Shown piece after piece: positions 55,204 through 64,000 of a stretch of DNA of 64,000 nucleotides. The notes beneath the pieces are model-generated. The model searched no databases, had not been told where the DNA came from, and saw only the letters and a list, made by a program, of their open reading frames with translations. Within the stretch, counting starts at the first letter, position 1, and each line of letters opens with the position of its first letter. The DNA is from Elusimicrobiota bacterium (GTDB lineage: Bacteria > Elusimicrobiota > Elusimicrobia > UBA1565), in NCBI GenBank assembly GCA_043827405.1, contig JBDRPD010000066.1, forward strand, positions 64,342 to 128,341, written 5' to 3'. The translations under genes and the position numbers were made by a program.

Positions 55204-55803
55204 ATGGGTATCAAGAACTTGCAGTTTAATAAAGACGCGGTGCTGCGCAACCTCAGCCGGGTTAAGTCGGAGCTGCAGTCTTTGCAGATGGTCCTGAAGC
55301 TCAAGGGCGCCAAATATCTGCAGCGGCCGTTGGCGATTGGCGCCGTATTGGTGTTCGCAAGCTATTTCTACTTTTTTCAAAAATCGGCGACCATGCTTAA
55401 CGCTATGACGCTGCAGGTGGATGCCGCGGCTGCGACCGCCACGTTCGCCGATGAATATAAAGGGCTGAAGGCCCAGATCGAGGGCATCAATGCCAAGCTG
55501 CCGCGTTCGAAGAACCCTCAGGAGTGGCTTCTGAACTCCATCCGCAAGACTCTGCGTGAGGAGGGGATCGTCGCTTTGTCGACCTCCAAGTCCAAGGAGG
55601 AGGATAAGAAGGGTTATCGCTTCATCACGATCACGGTGGAGCTGCAGGCGAGCTTCCCGCAGCTCGCCTCATGGGTTTCGCGCCTGGAGCGGAACCCGAA
55701 GCTGCTGTACATCAAGGCGTTATCTATGCGCAAGGATACGGATAATATCGGGCAGAACGCGGTGACCGTTGAGGTTATGACGGTGATCAAAGGTAAGGGG
55801 TAA
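55204..55803 (+). CDS. pilO: PilO/GspM-like protein
   Basis: TM, coiled coil, KLP and ASFPQLASWVSRLE...LLYI; gene order. Confidence 0.7.
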   Translation: MGIKNLQFNKDAVLRNLSRVKSELQSLQMVLKLKGAKYLQRPLAIGAVLVFASYFYFFQKSATMLNAMTLQVDAAAATATFADEYKGLKAQIEGINAKLPRSKNPQEWLLNSIRKTLREEGIVALSTSKSKEEDKKGYRFITITVELQASFPQLASWVSRLERNPKLLYIKALSMRKDTDNIGQNAVTVEVMTVIKGKG

Positions 55804-56549
55804 TGAAATCTTCGATGGGTTGGCTGCTGTTGCTCGTCGCGCTGGCCGTTCCGGCGGTCTTCTTTTACAACTGGTGGACCAAGATGCAAAAGCCGTCGGC
55901 TATGGAGGCCAACGGCGGCAAGGCGGAAGGGATGTTTGGAAGCGCGCGCAGCGGCGCCCCGGCCAACCCCATTCGCCGCAAAACGGCGCAGCCGCCTCCC
56001 GGGCAGGCTGCGAAGTCCGGCGGGGTAGCGTCCAGCAGCCCGACAACGAGCGGGGCCGGGATGGCGCCCGGCGTCAACGCGGAGGCTGGGAGCGGGCAGC
56101 CCGCTCCTGTCGCGCCCGCGGTGCCGGCATCCGAGACCGGTGCGCCGATGCAGCGCAAAAAAGCGACGCCGCCGAGCGGGGGTGTTCGGGGGAAGGTGTT
56201 GGAGTATAATCCGAATACCAATCGGGATCCGACCTTGTCGATCCTGGACATCAAGATGATAAAGATTTTGGAGGAGCAGCGTATGGAGGCGCTGAGGCCG
56301 CCGCCGCCGCCGCCCGAAAAAAAAGTGGCGCGTCAGCCGCCGCCGCCGCCGCGGCCGACAGCCCCGCCCGTATGGAAGCAGATCAACGTCCAGGGCATTA
56401 TATCGACGCCCAATGGGCGCGCGGCGATCGTCAACGATGAGGTCCGCTATTTGGGGGATTCGGTCCTGAATGCGGAGATCAAGAAGATTACGGGGAGCAC
56501 GGTGATTTTTAGGTATAAAGGCCAAACTTTTTACAAGAGAGTTCAGTAG
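55803..56549 (+). CDS. PilP/GspC-like protein
   Basis: TM, Pro/Ala-rich linker, RDP motif and VQGII...AIVND...GD; sits between pilO and the secretin. Confidence 0.6.
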   Translation: MKSSMGWLLLLVALAVPAVFFYNWWTKMQKPSAMEANGGKAEGMFGSARSGAPANPIRRKTAQPPPGQAAKSGGVASSSPTTSGAGMAPGVNAEAGSGQPAPVAPAVPASETGAPMQRKKATPPSGGVRGKVLEYNPNTNRDPTLSILDIKMIKILEEQRMEALRPPPPPPEKKVARQPPPPPRPTAPPVWKQINVQGIISTPNGRAAIVNDEVRYLGDSVLNAEIKKITGSTVIFRYKGQTFYKRVQ

Positions 56550-56588
56550 CGGACACAGGGGTGCGCAGGCACCCATGGAGGGCGTACC

Positions 56589-58337
56589 ATGATGACAACA
56601 AAGAGCTGCCTGGAACAGAAACCTAAGACTTTAATCGCGCTTTGGGCCTTGATTTGGGGCCTGCAGTTGACGGTCGGGGTAATCCCGGCATGGGCGCAGC
56701 GACGGCGGTCCGAGCCCGAGGCCACGCCGTCGTTCTCAGGCGAGTCCGCCGGTGGGCCCGGTTCCGGCGGCGGGCCGGTCGAAGCGGGAGGTCCTCCCGG
56801 CGGCGGCGGTCCCTTCGGCGTCCCCAACGAGGAAGAGAGTGAGTCCGGCGAAGGCATGCCGCCTCAACAGGAGCAGCAGGAGCAGCGCGTACAGATCGGC
56901 GCCGAGCAAGCTCCTCCTCCGCGTCCTGCGGCGCCCACTAATCCACTGGATACCCGGATCGTCGTGCGGGTAAAGAACGCTCCGCTGTCGACCTTTTTGG
57001 ATACTATCTCGGCGCAGGCGAAGGTCAACTTCATCATTACCGAGGGGTTGGAGGAGAAGCGGGTCACCGCCTTCCTGCAGAATGTCAGCGTCCGCGAAGC
57101 GCTGCAGATATTGCTGGAAATCAAAGGGCTGACCTATCAGCGGATCGGTCGGAGCAACACCTATGTCGTGTCTCCGCGCGCCAAAGGCGTGCCCAATCGG
57201 ATCACGCGCATCTATACTCTCAACCATATCCCGTTTATCAGCGTGGATGCAGGGACCAAATCATTTGCCGCGAATAAGAGCAGCGGCGGCGGCGGGGGGG
57301 GAGGAGGAGGCGCGCACGCTGGAGGCGGCGGCGGCGGCGCCAAAAAGGAGGGGGAGGGCTCGAGCGGCATCGCGGTTGTTAATGTCATCGCCAGTGTGCT
57401 GTCCAAGAAGTACGGCAAGATTTCGGTCGATGCACGGACCAATGCCATTATCGTGACCGATATCCCCGAGGTGTTTCCCCAGGTCGAGCAGATACTGGCC
57501 GAGCTTGACCGCAAGGCGCCGCAGGTCATGATCGAGGCGCAGATCGTTGAAATCAATTCCGACCGGGCGCAGCAGTTGGGCCTTGAGTGGGGTGGATCAA
57601 CGGGCGAGCTGGCGACCTTCGCCGCCGGTGCGCGCGATACTACGTTTCCGATGATGTTGCCGCAGAATATAACCAAGACGCGGTTCTTTAACCCTGTCGG
57701 GACCTACATCTCTCGTACCAACAACGCGTCGGCAACGATTTATGACGCGCCCGGGGCGGGAGTCGTCCCCGACAACGTCATAGGCAGCATACTCGACCTG
57801 ACTTCGCTAAGCGTTGTTCTGCGGGCCTTGGTCTCACGGGCGGAGGCGCGGTTCCTCGGTAAGCCGAAGATCCTGACCCTCAATAATAAGCCCGCGCTCA
57901 TCGAGGTCTCGCAGCAGCAGGCGGTTTCAGTCGAAGAATCGGCATCGCAGACTGCCGGAGGCTCTTCTTCCGGCAGTTCAGCGGAGCGCTTTCAGACGGG
58001 CCTGACGCTGCGCGTAACGCCGCAGGTCAACAGCGAAGGTTACATTACGATGTTCGTTGAGCCCTCATTTACCAACGTCATCGAATCCAAGATCTCATCG
58101 CTGGACTCACCGGTCTTCGACCCGGTGACGCGCGGCGCTTCGACTCTGGTGCGGGTAAAGAACGGCCAGACTCTCGTGTTGGGCGGCCTGCTGGAGTCGC
58201 GGGAGACCAAGACGGTGCGCAAGGTGCCGTTTCTTGGCTACATCCCGCTGATCGGCTGGTTCTTTACCAGCAATAGAAATCAGCGCACAAATACCGACTT
58301 GGTGATCTTCATTACGCCGACCATCGTTACGGACTAA
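56589..58337 (+). CDS. pilQ: Secretin (PilQ/GspD)
   Basis: STN-like domain; DARTNAIIV, QVMIEAQIVE, GLTLRVTP, KVPFLGYIPLIGWFF and IFITP motifs. Confidence 0.9.
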   Translation: MMTTKSCLEQKPKTLIALWALIWGLQLTVGVIPAWAQRRRSEPEATPSFSGESAGGPGSGGGPVEAGGPPGGGGPFGVPNEEESESGEGMPPQQEQQEQRVQIGAEQAPPPRPAAPTNPLDTRIVVRVKNAPLSTFLDTISAQAKVNFIITEGLEEKRVTAFLQNVSVREALQILLEIKGLTYQRIGRSNTYVVSPRAKGVPNRITRIYTLNHIPFISVDAGTKSFAANKSSGGGGGGGGGAHAGGGGGGAKKEGEGSSGIAVVNVIASVLSKKYGKISVDARTNAIIVTDIPEVFPQVEQILAELDRKAPQVMIEAQIVEINSDRAQQLGLEWGGSTGELATFAAGARDTTFPMMLPQNITKTRFFNPVGTYISRTNNASATIYDAPGAGVVPDNVIGSILDLTSLSVVLRALVSRAEARFLGKPKILTLNNKPALIEVSQQQAVSVEESASQTAGGSSSGSSAERFQTGLTLRVTPQVNSEGYITMFVEPSFTNVIESKISSLDSPVFDPVTRGASTLVRVKNGQTLVLGGLLESRETKTVRKVPFLGYIPLIGWFFTSNRNQRTNTDLVIFITPTIVTD

Positions 58338-58346
58338 ATGCGGTTC

Positions 58347-58375
58347 TTGACAGTGGGGTGAACCCCTGTTAAGAT
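58347..58375 (+). promoter_or_regulatory. Sigma70-type promoter of the second pilin
   Basis: TTGACA-N17-TAAGAT with extended TG; spacer contains GGGG-TGAA-CCCC. Confidence 0.6.
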
Positions 58376-58401
58376 GTGTTAGGGTATGCGTACGTCATAA
58401 A

Positions 58402-58911
58402 ATGAAAAATCGGCAGGCGGGATTTACCTTGATTGAGCTGCTGGTGGTCGTGACGATCATCGGCGTGCTGGCCGCCGTAGCTATTCCGCGTTATGCAAAA
58501 ACGGTCGAAACGGCCAAGGCGAACGACGCGGCGGCGGCGGTAAAAATGATCGGCTATACCAACCGCATGTTCCGTCTGGATAACGGCGTATACGCCGCCG
58601 GCGTATTGGCCGACAGCTGCGGCAGCGCCTGCCCGACGATAGATCCCTCCAGCCCCCCGAATGCCTGCGCTTTGGTGCAGTGCAAGTATCTGGGCAACCA
58701 GAAATGGAGTCAAAAAGGCTACACCTTCGAGGCGGTGGACGGCGATACCAGTTCATCGGCCTGCGGCGGATGCGGTTCCGGCAATATCGTGGCCTGCGCG
58801 AAACGCGACGCAACCGCTGATACTCGCTTCCAGAACTGGGGCTACACGGTGGATGTCGACGGTGCAATCAGCCCCTGCTCCGGGAGCGATGCGCCGCAGC
58901 CTGCCGGTTAG
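58402..58911 (+). CDS. Type IV pilin, cysteine-rich
   Basis: AG|FTLIELLVVVTIIGVLAAVAIPRY; 8 Cys in the head domain. Confidence 0.9.
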   Translation: MKNRQAGFTLIELLVVVTIIGVLAAVAIPRYAKTVETAKANDAAAAVKMIGYTNRMFRLDNGVYAAGVLADSCGSACPTIDPSSPPNACALVQCKYLGNQKWSQKGYTFEAVDGDTSSSACGGCGSGNIVACAKRDATADTRFQNWGYTVDVDGAISPCSGSDAPQPAG

Positions 58912-59918
58912 CCGGAAACCGGCCGTGCCGCTTTCCCCACGATTTCCAACGCTTCTGTTTCGCTGCGCTTTTTACTGCCGGCGGATTTCTTAAGCAGCGT
59001 GGAATAGAGCAGCAGGCCCAGGGACGCCCAGGAGAGTTCGCGGATGTGGCGCACGATACCGAAGGCCAGTCCCGACTGAGCCGGGAGCCCCAGCAGTACG
59101 AAGATCGCGGTCTTGCCGGCTTCCTGCGTTCCTACCTTGGCGGGAACCATGAAGAGCATGCCGTCGATCAAGCTCGAAAGGACCTCGATGAGCATCGCGG
59201 TTTCGCTGGAGACGGGCAGCCCGATAAAACGGCATATCCAGTAGACCTCGAACGCCCCCCAAACATAGCCGAGCATGAACGCGAGGATGGAGAGCGAGAA
59301 CCTGCCGGGATGTCCGCGCAGGTAGAGCTTCAGGCGTCGGGGGATGGACCATAATCCGGTGCCGGCATCCTGCTCTGCGGGCGCGGGCGCGGGCGCGGCG
59401 AACTTCTCATATAAGATAAACAGCACAAGCATGGCCGCCGCCGCCGTCGCGGCAATCCTGATACCGCCTTCATATGGCCGGAGCGCGGGAATACGGCCAT
59501 GCAGGTACAGCGCTATGCCGAACAAGACGAAGAGAAACTGTGAGAAACCCTGGGCGAATTTGGCGATCACGACGCTCGAGGTTCTCGCTTCGACGGAAAG
59601 CCCGGCTCCGAGCAGCGCGGCGCGCGTGAATTCTCCCGCCAGCTGAGCGCTCGGCGTCAAATAGTTCACGCCGTCGCCGATCACGCGCAAGAGCATCAGA
59701 TTTTTGAACGGGACCGCGGCGGCCTGGTCGGCACGGAAGGCGAGGCGCCAGCCGTAGGCGTTAAACACATGCGCGATGGTCTCCTGAACGATGATCAGGC
59801 TGAAGCCCCAGCCTACCATGAGCACTAATCGCCAGACCTCCGGGGCGTCCATTTTCCACAAGAGCGCGCCGAGGGTTATCAGGCCGGCAAGAAAGATCAG
59901 CTTTTGCAGCAGCTTCAT
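58908..59918 (-). CDS. Lysylphosphatidylglycerol synthase TM/flippase-like membrane protein (HpnL-like)
   Basis: Multi-TM; NYLTPSAQLAGE, VPAKVGTQEAG and RHIREL motifs; coupled to the hpnJ-like gene. Confidence 0.7.
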   Translation of the reverse strand: MKLLQKLIFLAGLITLGALLWKMDAPEVWRLVLMVGWGFSLIIVQETIAHVFNAYGWRLAFRADQAAAVPFKNLMLLRVIGDGVNYLTPSAQLAGEFTRAALLGAGLSVEARTSSVVIAKFAQGFSQFLFVLFGIALYLHGRIPALRPYEGGIRIAATAAAAMLVLFILYEKFAAPAPAPAEQDAGTGLWSIPRRLKLYLRGHPGRFSLSILAFMLGYVWGAFEVYWICRFIGLPVSSETAMLIEVLSSLIDGMLFMVPAKVGTQEAGKTAIFVLLGLPAQSGLAFGIVRHIRELSWASLGLLLYSTLLKKSAGSKKRSETEALEIVGKAARPVSG

Positions 59919-61141
59919 CCCGCAACCTCAAGACCGTTCCAAAGAAAGCGGAGGAACTGCCTGCCGATATGCAGCCGTCGCGCGCGCTGGCGGGGATGGC
60001 GCCAGATCGCCTGAACGGCCCGCCAGAAAGCTCGCGGACGGAGATAGAAGCGGGCGTACAAGCGGAACAGCCCGCGCCGGACATCTTCGTCGTCGATGTC
60101 GGCGTGCTCCGTCGGCCGCTGCGCGTCGACATGGATGGAGTCCAGGTCGAGAGCGCAGGCATGGCGTATCGTTTGCCGCAGGGTCTGCCGGGTCGCACCG
60201 GGGCCGCCGAGCAGGAATCGCCCATGGACGCGGATGCCGAGAGCGCGGCAATGATGGGCGAACGCGGACATGAGAGAGGGTTCGATGGTTCGCGACGCGC
60301 AGTCGAGTACCAGCAGGCGCAGTCCCCGCTCCTTGAGCTTCTTTAGAAGCTGCGGCGGAGTGTTCGCCGCGGCGCGGCAGGACCAGGAGATGCCTGTCGT
60401 GCTCAGTCCTCTGGCGATGCTCTCTGCGCGATCGGCGCTCGCCGTTATGCTGTCGTCGTCGAGGAATATCTCCTGCAGCTGCGGATAGACGCTTAACGCT
60501 CGCTGCACGTCGGCGACGACGGCCTCCGGCCTGAGCCGGCGTGCGCCGGCGGCGGTGGGCAGGGTTAGATGGGGAAAGCGCAGATAGGGCAGCTGGTAGT
60601 GGTCAAGGGTCAAGTCGCGGCGGTAGACTTCCAGAACGGACGCAATCTCGCGGTCGCTGTCCGCTCCATTCCGGCAAGGAGTACGCGTTATCTCACCGTC
60701 CGATTTGTACGCGATGCCGCGAATCTCCGGGAAAGGCCGGCTGTTTGCCGTTTCGCGCAGAATCTGATCAAAGTCGTGTCCGCAGGCGAAATCAAAAGGC
60801 GCGGCGGGCGCAAGCGCGCGTTCCTGCAGCGCGCTGTCGCTCACTCCCACTAATCCCAGCATCATCCGGGGATAGGCGCCCTTTAGACCCGCGGCGACGG
60901 CGAGCGCGGCCTGCAAATTCGGAAGATCGGCGGATACGGCGCACAATTCGAAGCCCCTGGCCAGCAGAATAACTTGTGAGGATTTAAGCTCATCAGCGGG
61001 CGCGTCGATGAGCTTGCTGTTGCCGACAACTGCCGCCGCCTGCGCCAACGCGGCCGGGAAATCCAGCGCGCCTAAACCGCCGGGTCCGCCGTATCTGCTG
61101 GCCGCATCAATCAGCGGCGGCACCAGAAGGAGCGTGCGCAT
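59915..61141 (-). CDS. HpnJ-like radical SAM homologue lacking the CxxxCxxC motif
   Basis: ATG 61141 with GAGGAG RBS; HpnJ-like blocks (SKLIDAP, VYRRDL, EIFLDDD, SWSCRAAAN, GLRLLVL, HGRFLLG). Confidence 0.7.
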   Translation of the reverse strand: MRTLLLVPPLIDAASRYGGPGGLGALDFPAALAQAAAVVGNSKLIDAPADELKSSQVILLARGFELCAVSADLPNLQAALAVAAGLKGAYPRMMLGLVGVSDSALQERALAPAAPFDFACGHDFDQILRETANSRPFPEIRGIAYKSDGEITRTPCRNGADSDREIASVLEVYRRDLTLDHYQLPYLRFPHLTLPTAAGARRLRPEAVVADVQRALSVYPQLQEIFLDDDSITASADRAESIARGLSTTGISWSCRAAANTPPQLLKKLKERGLRLLVLDCASRTIEPSLMSAFAHHCRALGIRVHGRFLLGGPGATRQTLRQTIRHACALDLDSIHVDAQRPTEHADIDDEDVRRGLFRLYARFYLRPRAFWRAVQAIWRHPRQRARRLHIGRQFLRFLWNGLEVAG

Positions 61142-61244
61142 TGCACAGGCTCCTCGTTGATTGGGCTCCATAAGTAAATATGGTAGCAAATTACAGGATA
61201 AACGCGATATGACGGTAGGCGAGCGCAACTGCTACACTATTACC

Positions 61245-62186
61245 GTGGCTGGTGGAATAACGTTCCTATTCTCGTCGCTGCTGCTTGCTTTTAACGCCCC
61301 GGGGTTTGCCGCAACGGGGCGCTGGCATGAGAGCGTTTCCCCGAATTTCATCGTGCGCCATGAGTCGTCTTTTATGCCTCCGGGATTGCTGTTGGAGTTG
61401 GGGAAGATGCATGGCCGCCTGCGTCTCGACCTATCGATGTTCAGCCCTTGGATGGCGAAGGAGCGCATCCATGTTTACCTGTACAGCACCGCGAAAAGCT
61501 ATGTGGCCGGCGAGTTTAAGCCGCCGGCATGGTCCAACGGCGTGGCGTACTCCGAACGCAAGCTGATCGCCACGCACGAGCAGGCCGAAAAGCGGAAACT
61601 CATCGCCATCATGTCCCACGAGATGACTCATCTGTTGTTTGAAAGCTATTGGGCGGAGGAGAAGAAATCACCTCCGGTCTGGATCAATGAAGGGCTGGCT
61701 ATGATGGAGGAAGCTGTCGACCCCAAGCTGCCCGAGGACTCCGACTGGCATCGCTCAATGTGGGTGCTGAGCCAAGCGCGCCCTCTGCGGCTTAAAAACT
61801 TTTTCGCGATGAACCCGACGCGCGATATGATGCACGCCCAAAAGGAGCAGGTTAGTCATTGGTACGTTCAGGCCTATTCGCTTGTCTATTTCCTGTATCG
61901 CAAGCATACGCGGATGCAGTTCCGCAGCTTCTGCGGGATGCTGCGTGACGGAAAATCGTTGGAGCAGTCCTTATGGAAGGCCTATCGCTACGCGTCCGTC
62001 GACAAGCTGGAGGCCGCCTGGCGCAAGTGGCTCGCGCTGCCCGAGCTGCAGGAGAAAATTCGCCCGCATGAACAGCCGCGCGCCGCCGCGAGCGTAAAAG
62101 CGCCCGCCTCTGACGGCGAGAGCAAGCGGTTCAAGAATGTGGGCTTCAAGCACTTCTACTACCATAGTCTCGTTCCCGAGCGCTAG
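61245..62186 (+). CDS. Secreted zincin metallopeptidase (peptidase MA-like)
   Basis: Signal peptide; HEMTH and WINEGLA motifs; start uncertain (61161-61245). Confidence 0.7.
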   Translation: MAGGITFLFSSLLLAFNAPGFAATGRWHESVSPNFIVRHESSFMPPGLLLELGKMHGRLRLDLSMFSPWMAKERIHVYLYSTAKSYVAGEFKPPAWSNGVAYSERKLIATHEQAEKRKLIAIMSHEMTHLLFESYWAEEKKSPPVWINEGLAMMEEAVDPKLPEDSDWHRSMWVLSQARPLRLKNFFAMNPTRDMMHAQKEQVSHWYVQAYSLVYFLYRKHTRMQFRSFCGMLRDGKSLEQSLWKAYRYASVDKLEAAWRKWLALPELQEKIRPHEQPRAAASVKAPASDGESKRFKNVGFKHFYYHSLVPER

Positions 62187-62189
62187 GCG

Positions 62190-63155
62190 CTAATTTCGGT
62201 TGTTGAGGTAAAGGTTCCGGGCGCGAAAGAGCAGGCGGATAAGCGGCCTGGGGGCGAAGGTGAGAATATACGCGGCGAGAGCCGTCGATGTGAGCCGTGC
62301 GGACATGAACGTTCCGATTTTTCGCCTTGCTTCAATCGGCCGGGCGCTCTGCAGCAGAACAAAACCGACCAGCAGGTCGTACTCTTCCGGCGCGATATGA
62401 GCGCGGTGTTTCTTTTTTTCAGCGGCGGCATAGCCGTCGTAGCCGTCCTTGCCGCCGCCTCGCCGCTGGCGGGCGAATTCCTTAATGGTTCGCACTTCCT
62501 TCTTTTGCTCCGCCATTCGCGATAGGGTGTAGCCGCCGGCGTTGAGCCGCCACTGGCCAAGAACGGTATGCAGCTTCTCGACCTCGGCCACTTCGCTGAT
62601 TCTCAGCCAGAGATCGTAATCCTGGGCGTTTTGGAACTTCTCGCGGTAGCCGCCGACCTTGAGGGCCGTATCGCGGCGAAACATGACATCGCTCTGCTGG
62701 AAAATGCAGCGGTGCCGCAGCGTCTTCCCGGCGGACTGCGCCGCGATATTCCTGACTCCGATGACTGCTCCGGCATCGTCGATGATTTCAGACCCGCCCC
62801 CTACCAGGGCGACATCCGGATGCCGATCGAGATAATCGACTTCCGTCTGCAGCCGGAAGGGGAATGAAATATCATCGGAGTCAAGACGAGCGATATAGCG
62901 GCCCCGCGCCGCCGCCAATCCCCTGTTCGCCGCGGCGGTTGTCCCCTGGTTCTCCTGCTTGATAACGCGGATACGCTCGTCTTTGCCGGCATAAGCGCGC
63001 AGGATTTTGCCGCAGCGGTCGGTGGAGCCGTCATCGATAATGAGCAGCTCGAAGTCCTTGAAGGTTTGCCGGAGAACGCTTTCGATCGCGGACCCGAGAA
63101 ACTTCTCGTCGTTGTAGACCGTCATAAGCACGGTCACGCGGGGAGCGCCCCGCAT
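62190..63155 (-). CDS. Glycosyltransferase family 2
   Basis: VTVLMTVYN, DDGSTD, RLDSDD and QDYDLWLR motifs; real start ATG 63155, just after the uvrA stop. Confidence 0.9.
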   Translation of the reverse strand: MRGAPRVTVLMTVYNDEKFLGSAIESVLRQTFKDFELLIIDDGSTDRCGKILRAYAGKDERIRVIKQENQGTTAAANRGLAAARGRYIARLDSDDISFPFRLQTEVDYLDRHPDVALVGGGSEIIDDAGAVIGVRNIAAQSAGKTLRHRCIFQQSDVMFRRDTALKVGGYREKFQNAQDYDLWLRISEVAEVEKLHTVLGQWRLNAGGYTLSRMAEQKKEVRTIKEFARQRRGGGKDGYDGYAAAEKKKHRAHIAPEEYDLLVGFVLLQSARPIEARRKIGTFMSARLTSTALAAYILTFAPRPLIRLLFRARNLYLNNRN

Positions 63156-63156
63156 C

Positions 63157-64000
63157 TTAAAGCACCTTCTTGAGATAGCGTCCGGTGTGCGAATGCGGGT
63201 CCGCCGCCACCTTGTGCGGCGGTCCGGCGGCCACGATGCGCCCGCCGTTGTCGCCGCCTTCCGGTCCCAGGTCGATGATCCAGTCCGCCGTTTTGATCTC
63301 GTCGAGGTTGTGCTCGATGACGAGTACGGAGTTCCCCGAGCGCACCAGGCGGTGCAGAACCTGCAGCAGTTTCTCCACATCGGCGAAGTGCAGCCCCGTC
63401 GTCGGCTCATCCAGGATATAGATGGTCTTGCCGGTCGCCCGGCGGGACAGCTCGGTGGCCAGCTTGACGCGCTGCGCCTCGCCGCCCGAAAGCGTGGTCG
63501 CGGATTGACCTATCCGGATATAGCCCAGGCCCACGTCGGCGAGCGTACCCAGCAGGCGGGCGATCGCCGGTATCGCGGAGAAAAAAGCGAGCCCCTCTTC
63601 GACCGTCATTTCCAGCACGTCCGCGATGCTCTTCCCCTTGTAGCGGATCTGCAGGGTCTCTTCATTGAAGCGCGCGCCCTGGCATTCGTCGCATTTAACG
63701 TAGACGTCCGAGAGGAACTGCATTTGAATGCGCAGCGTCCCGTCGCCCCGGCAGCCCTCGCAGCGGCCGCCTTTGACGTTGAACGAGAAGCGTCCGGGCT
63801 TGTAGCCGCGCTTGCGGGATTCCGGTACCCGAGCGAAGAGTTCACGGATATTGGAGAAAAAACCGGTATAGGTCGCGGGATTGGAGCGCGGGGTGCGGCC
63901 GATCGGACTTTGATCGATTACGATCGCCTTGTCGATTCGCTCGATGTTCTCGATGCCGGCATGCGCGCCCGGTGTCTCCTTCGCGCGGTAAAGGCGCTTG
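63157..64000 (-). CDS. uvrA: Excinuclease ABC subunit A, 3' part (5' end outside window)
   Basis: [50 protein letters not shown] and IEHNL motifs. Confidence 0.95.
   Translation of the reverse strand, partial: KRLYRAKETPGAHAGIENIERIDKAIVIDQSPIGRTPRSNPATYTGFFSNIRELFARVPESRKRGYKPGRFSFNVKGGRCEGCRGDGTLRIQMQFLSDVYVKCDECQGARFNEETLQIRYKGKSIADVLEMTVEEGLAFFSAIPAIARLLGTLADVGLGYIRIGQSATTLSGGEAQRVKLATELSRRATGKTIYILDEPTTGLHFADVEKLLQVLHRLVRSGNSVLVIEHNLDEIKTADWIIDLGPEGGDNGGRIVAAGPPHKVAADPHSHTGRYLKKVL

Noticed and set aside
57283..57340. G-rich run in the secretin gene
   Set aside because: Encodes a poly-Gly loop typical of secretin N domains; frame is intact
63156..63410. N-terminal extension of the GT2 ORF in the track
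   Set aside because: Overlaps uvrA in another frame; the GT2 motif starts at ATG 63155

Overview
GC-rich bacterial chromosome window, tentatively Elusimicrobiota-like (an impression from protein style, not verified). Left part (1-26.7 kb): SH3 protein end, two SPOUT RNA methyltransferases, a hopanoid operon (shc-hpnH-hpnA-hpnG-ispA), NlpC/P60, a membrane Ser/Thr kinase with degenerate motifs, a histidine kinase, aas, an MscS-like protein and an apparent PFOR-lpdA-FIST/adenylate cyclase operon. Middle (26744-42199): a ~15.4 kb island bounded by an exact 37-bp duplication of the 5' half of tRNA-Thr(CGT), with no recognisable integrase. It carries hipBA (HipA has an extra ~245-aa C-terminal domain), an IS3 remnant, two hybrid histidine kinases, two receiver proteins and a tightly coupled operon: ThDP enzyme, O-methyltransferase, orphan solute-binding protein, cupin, B12 radical SAM, membrane hybrid kinase. 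This operon is the best candidate for an undescribed system: a possible small-molecule signal synthase plus LuxPQ-like receptor. Right part: two O-antigen-ligase/TPR proteins, a type IV pilus/T2SS-like cluster with a PilM-PilN fusion, an hpnL-like gene, an HpnJ homologue lacking the radical-SAM cysteine motif, a zincin peptidase, a GT2 and the 3' end of uvrA. No rRNA or CRISPR array seen. All family calls are by-eye motif recognition; no searches were run.
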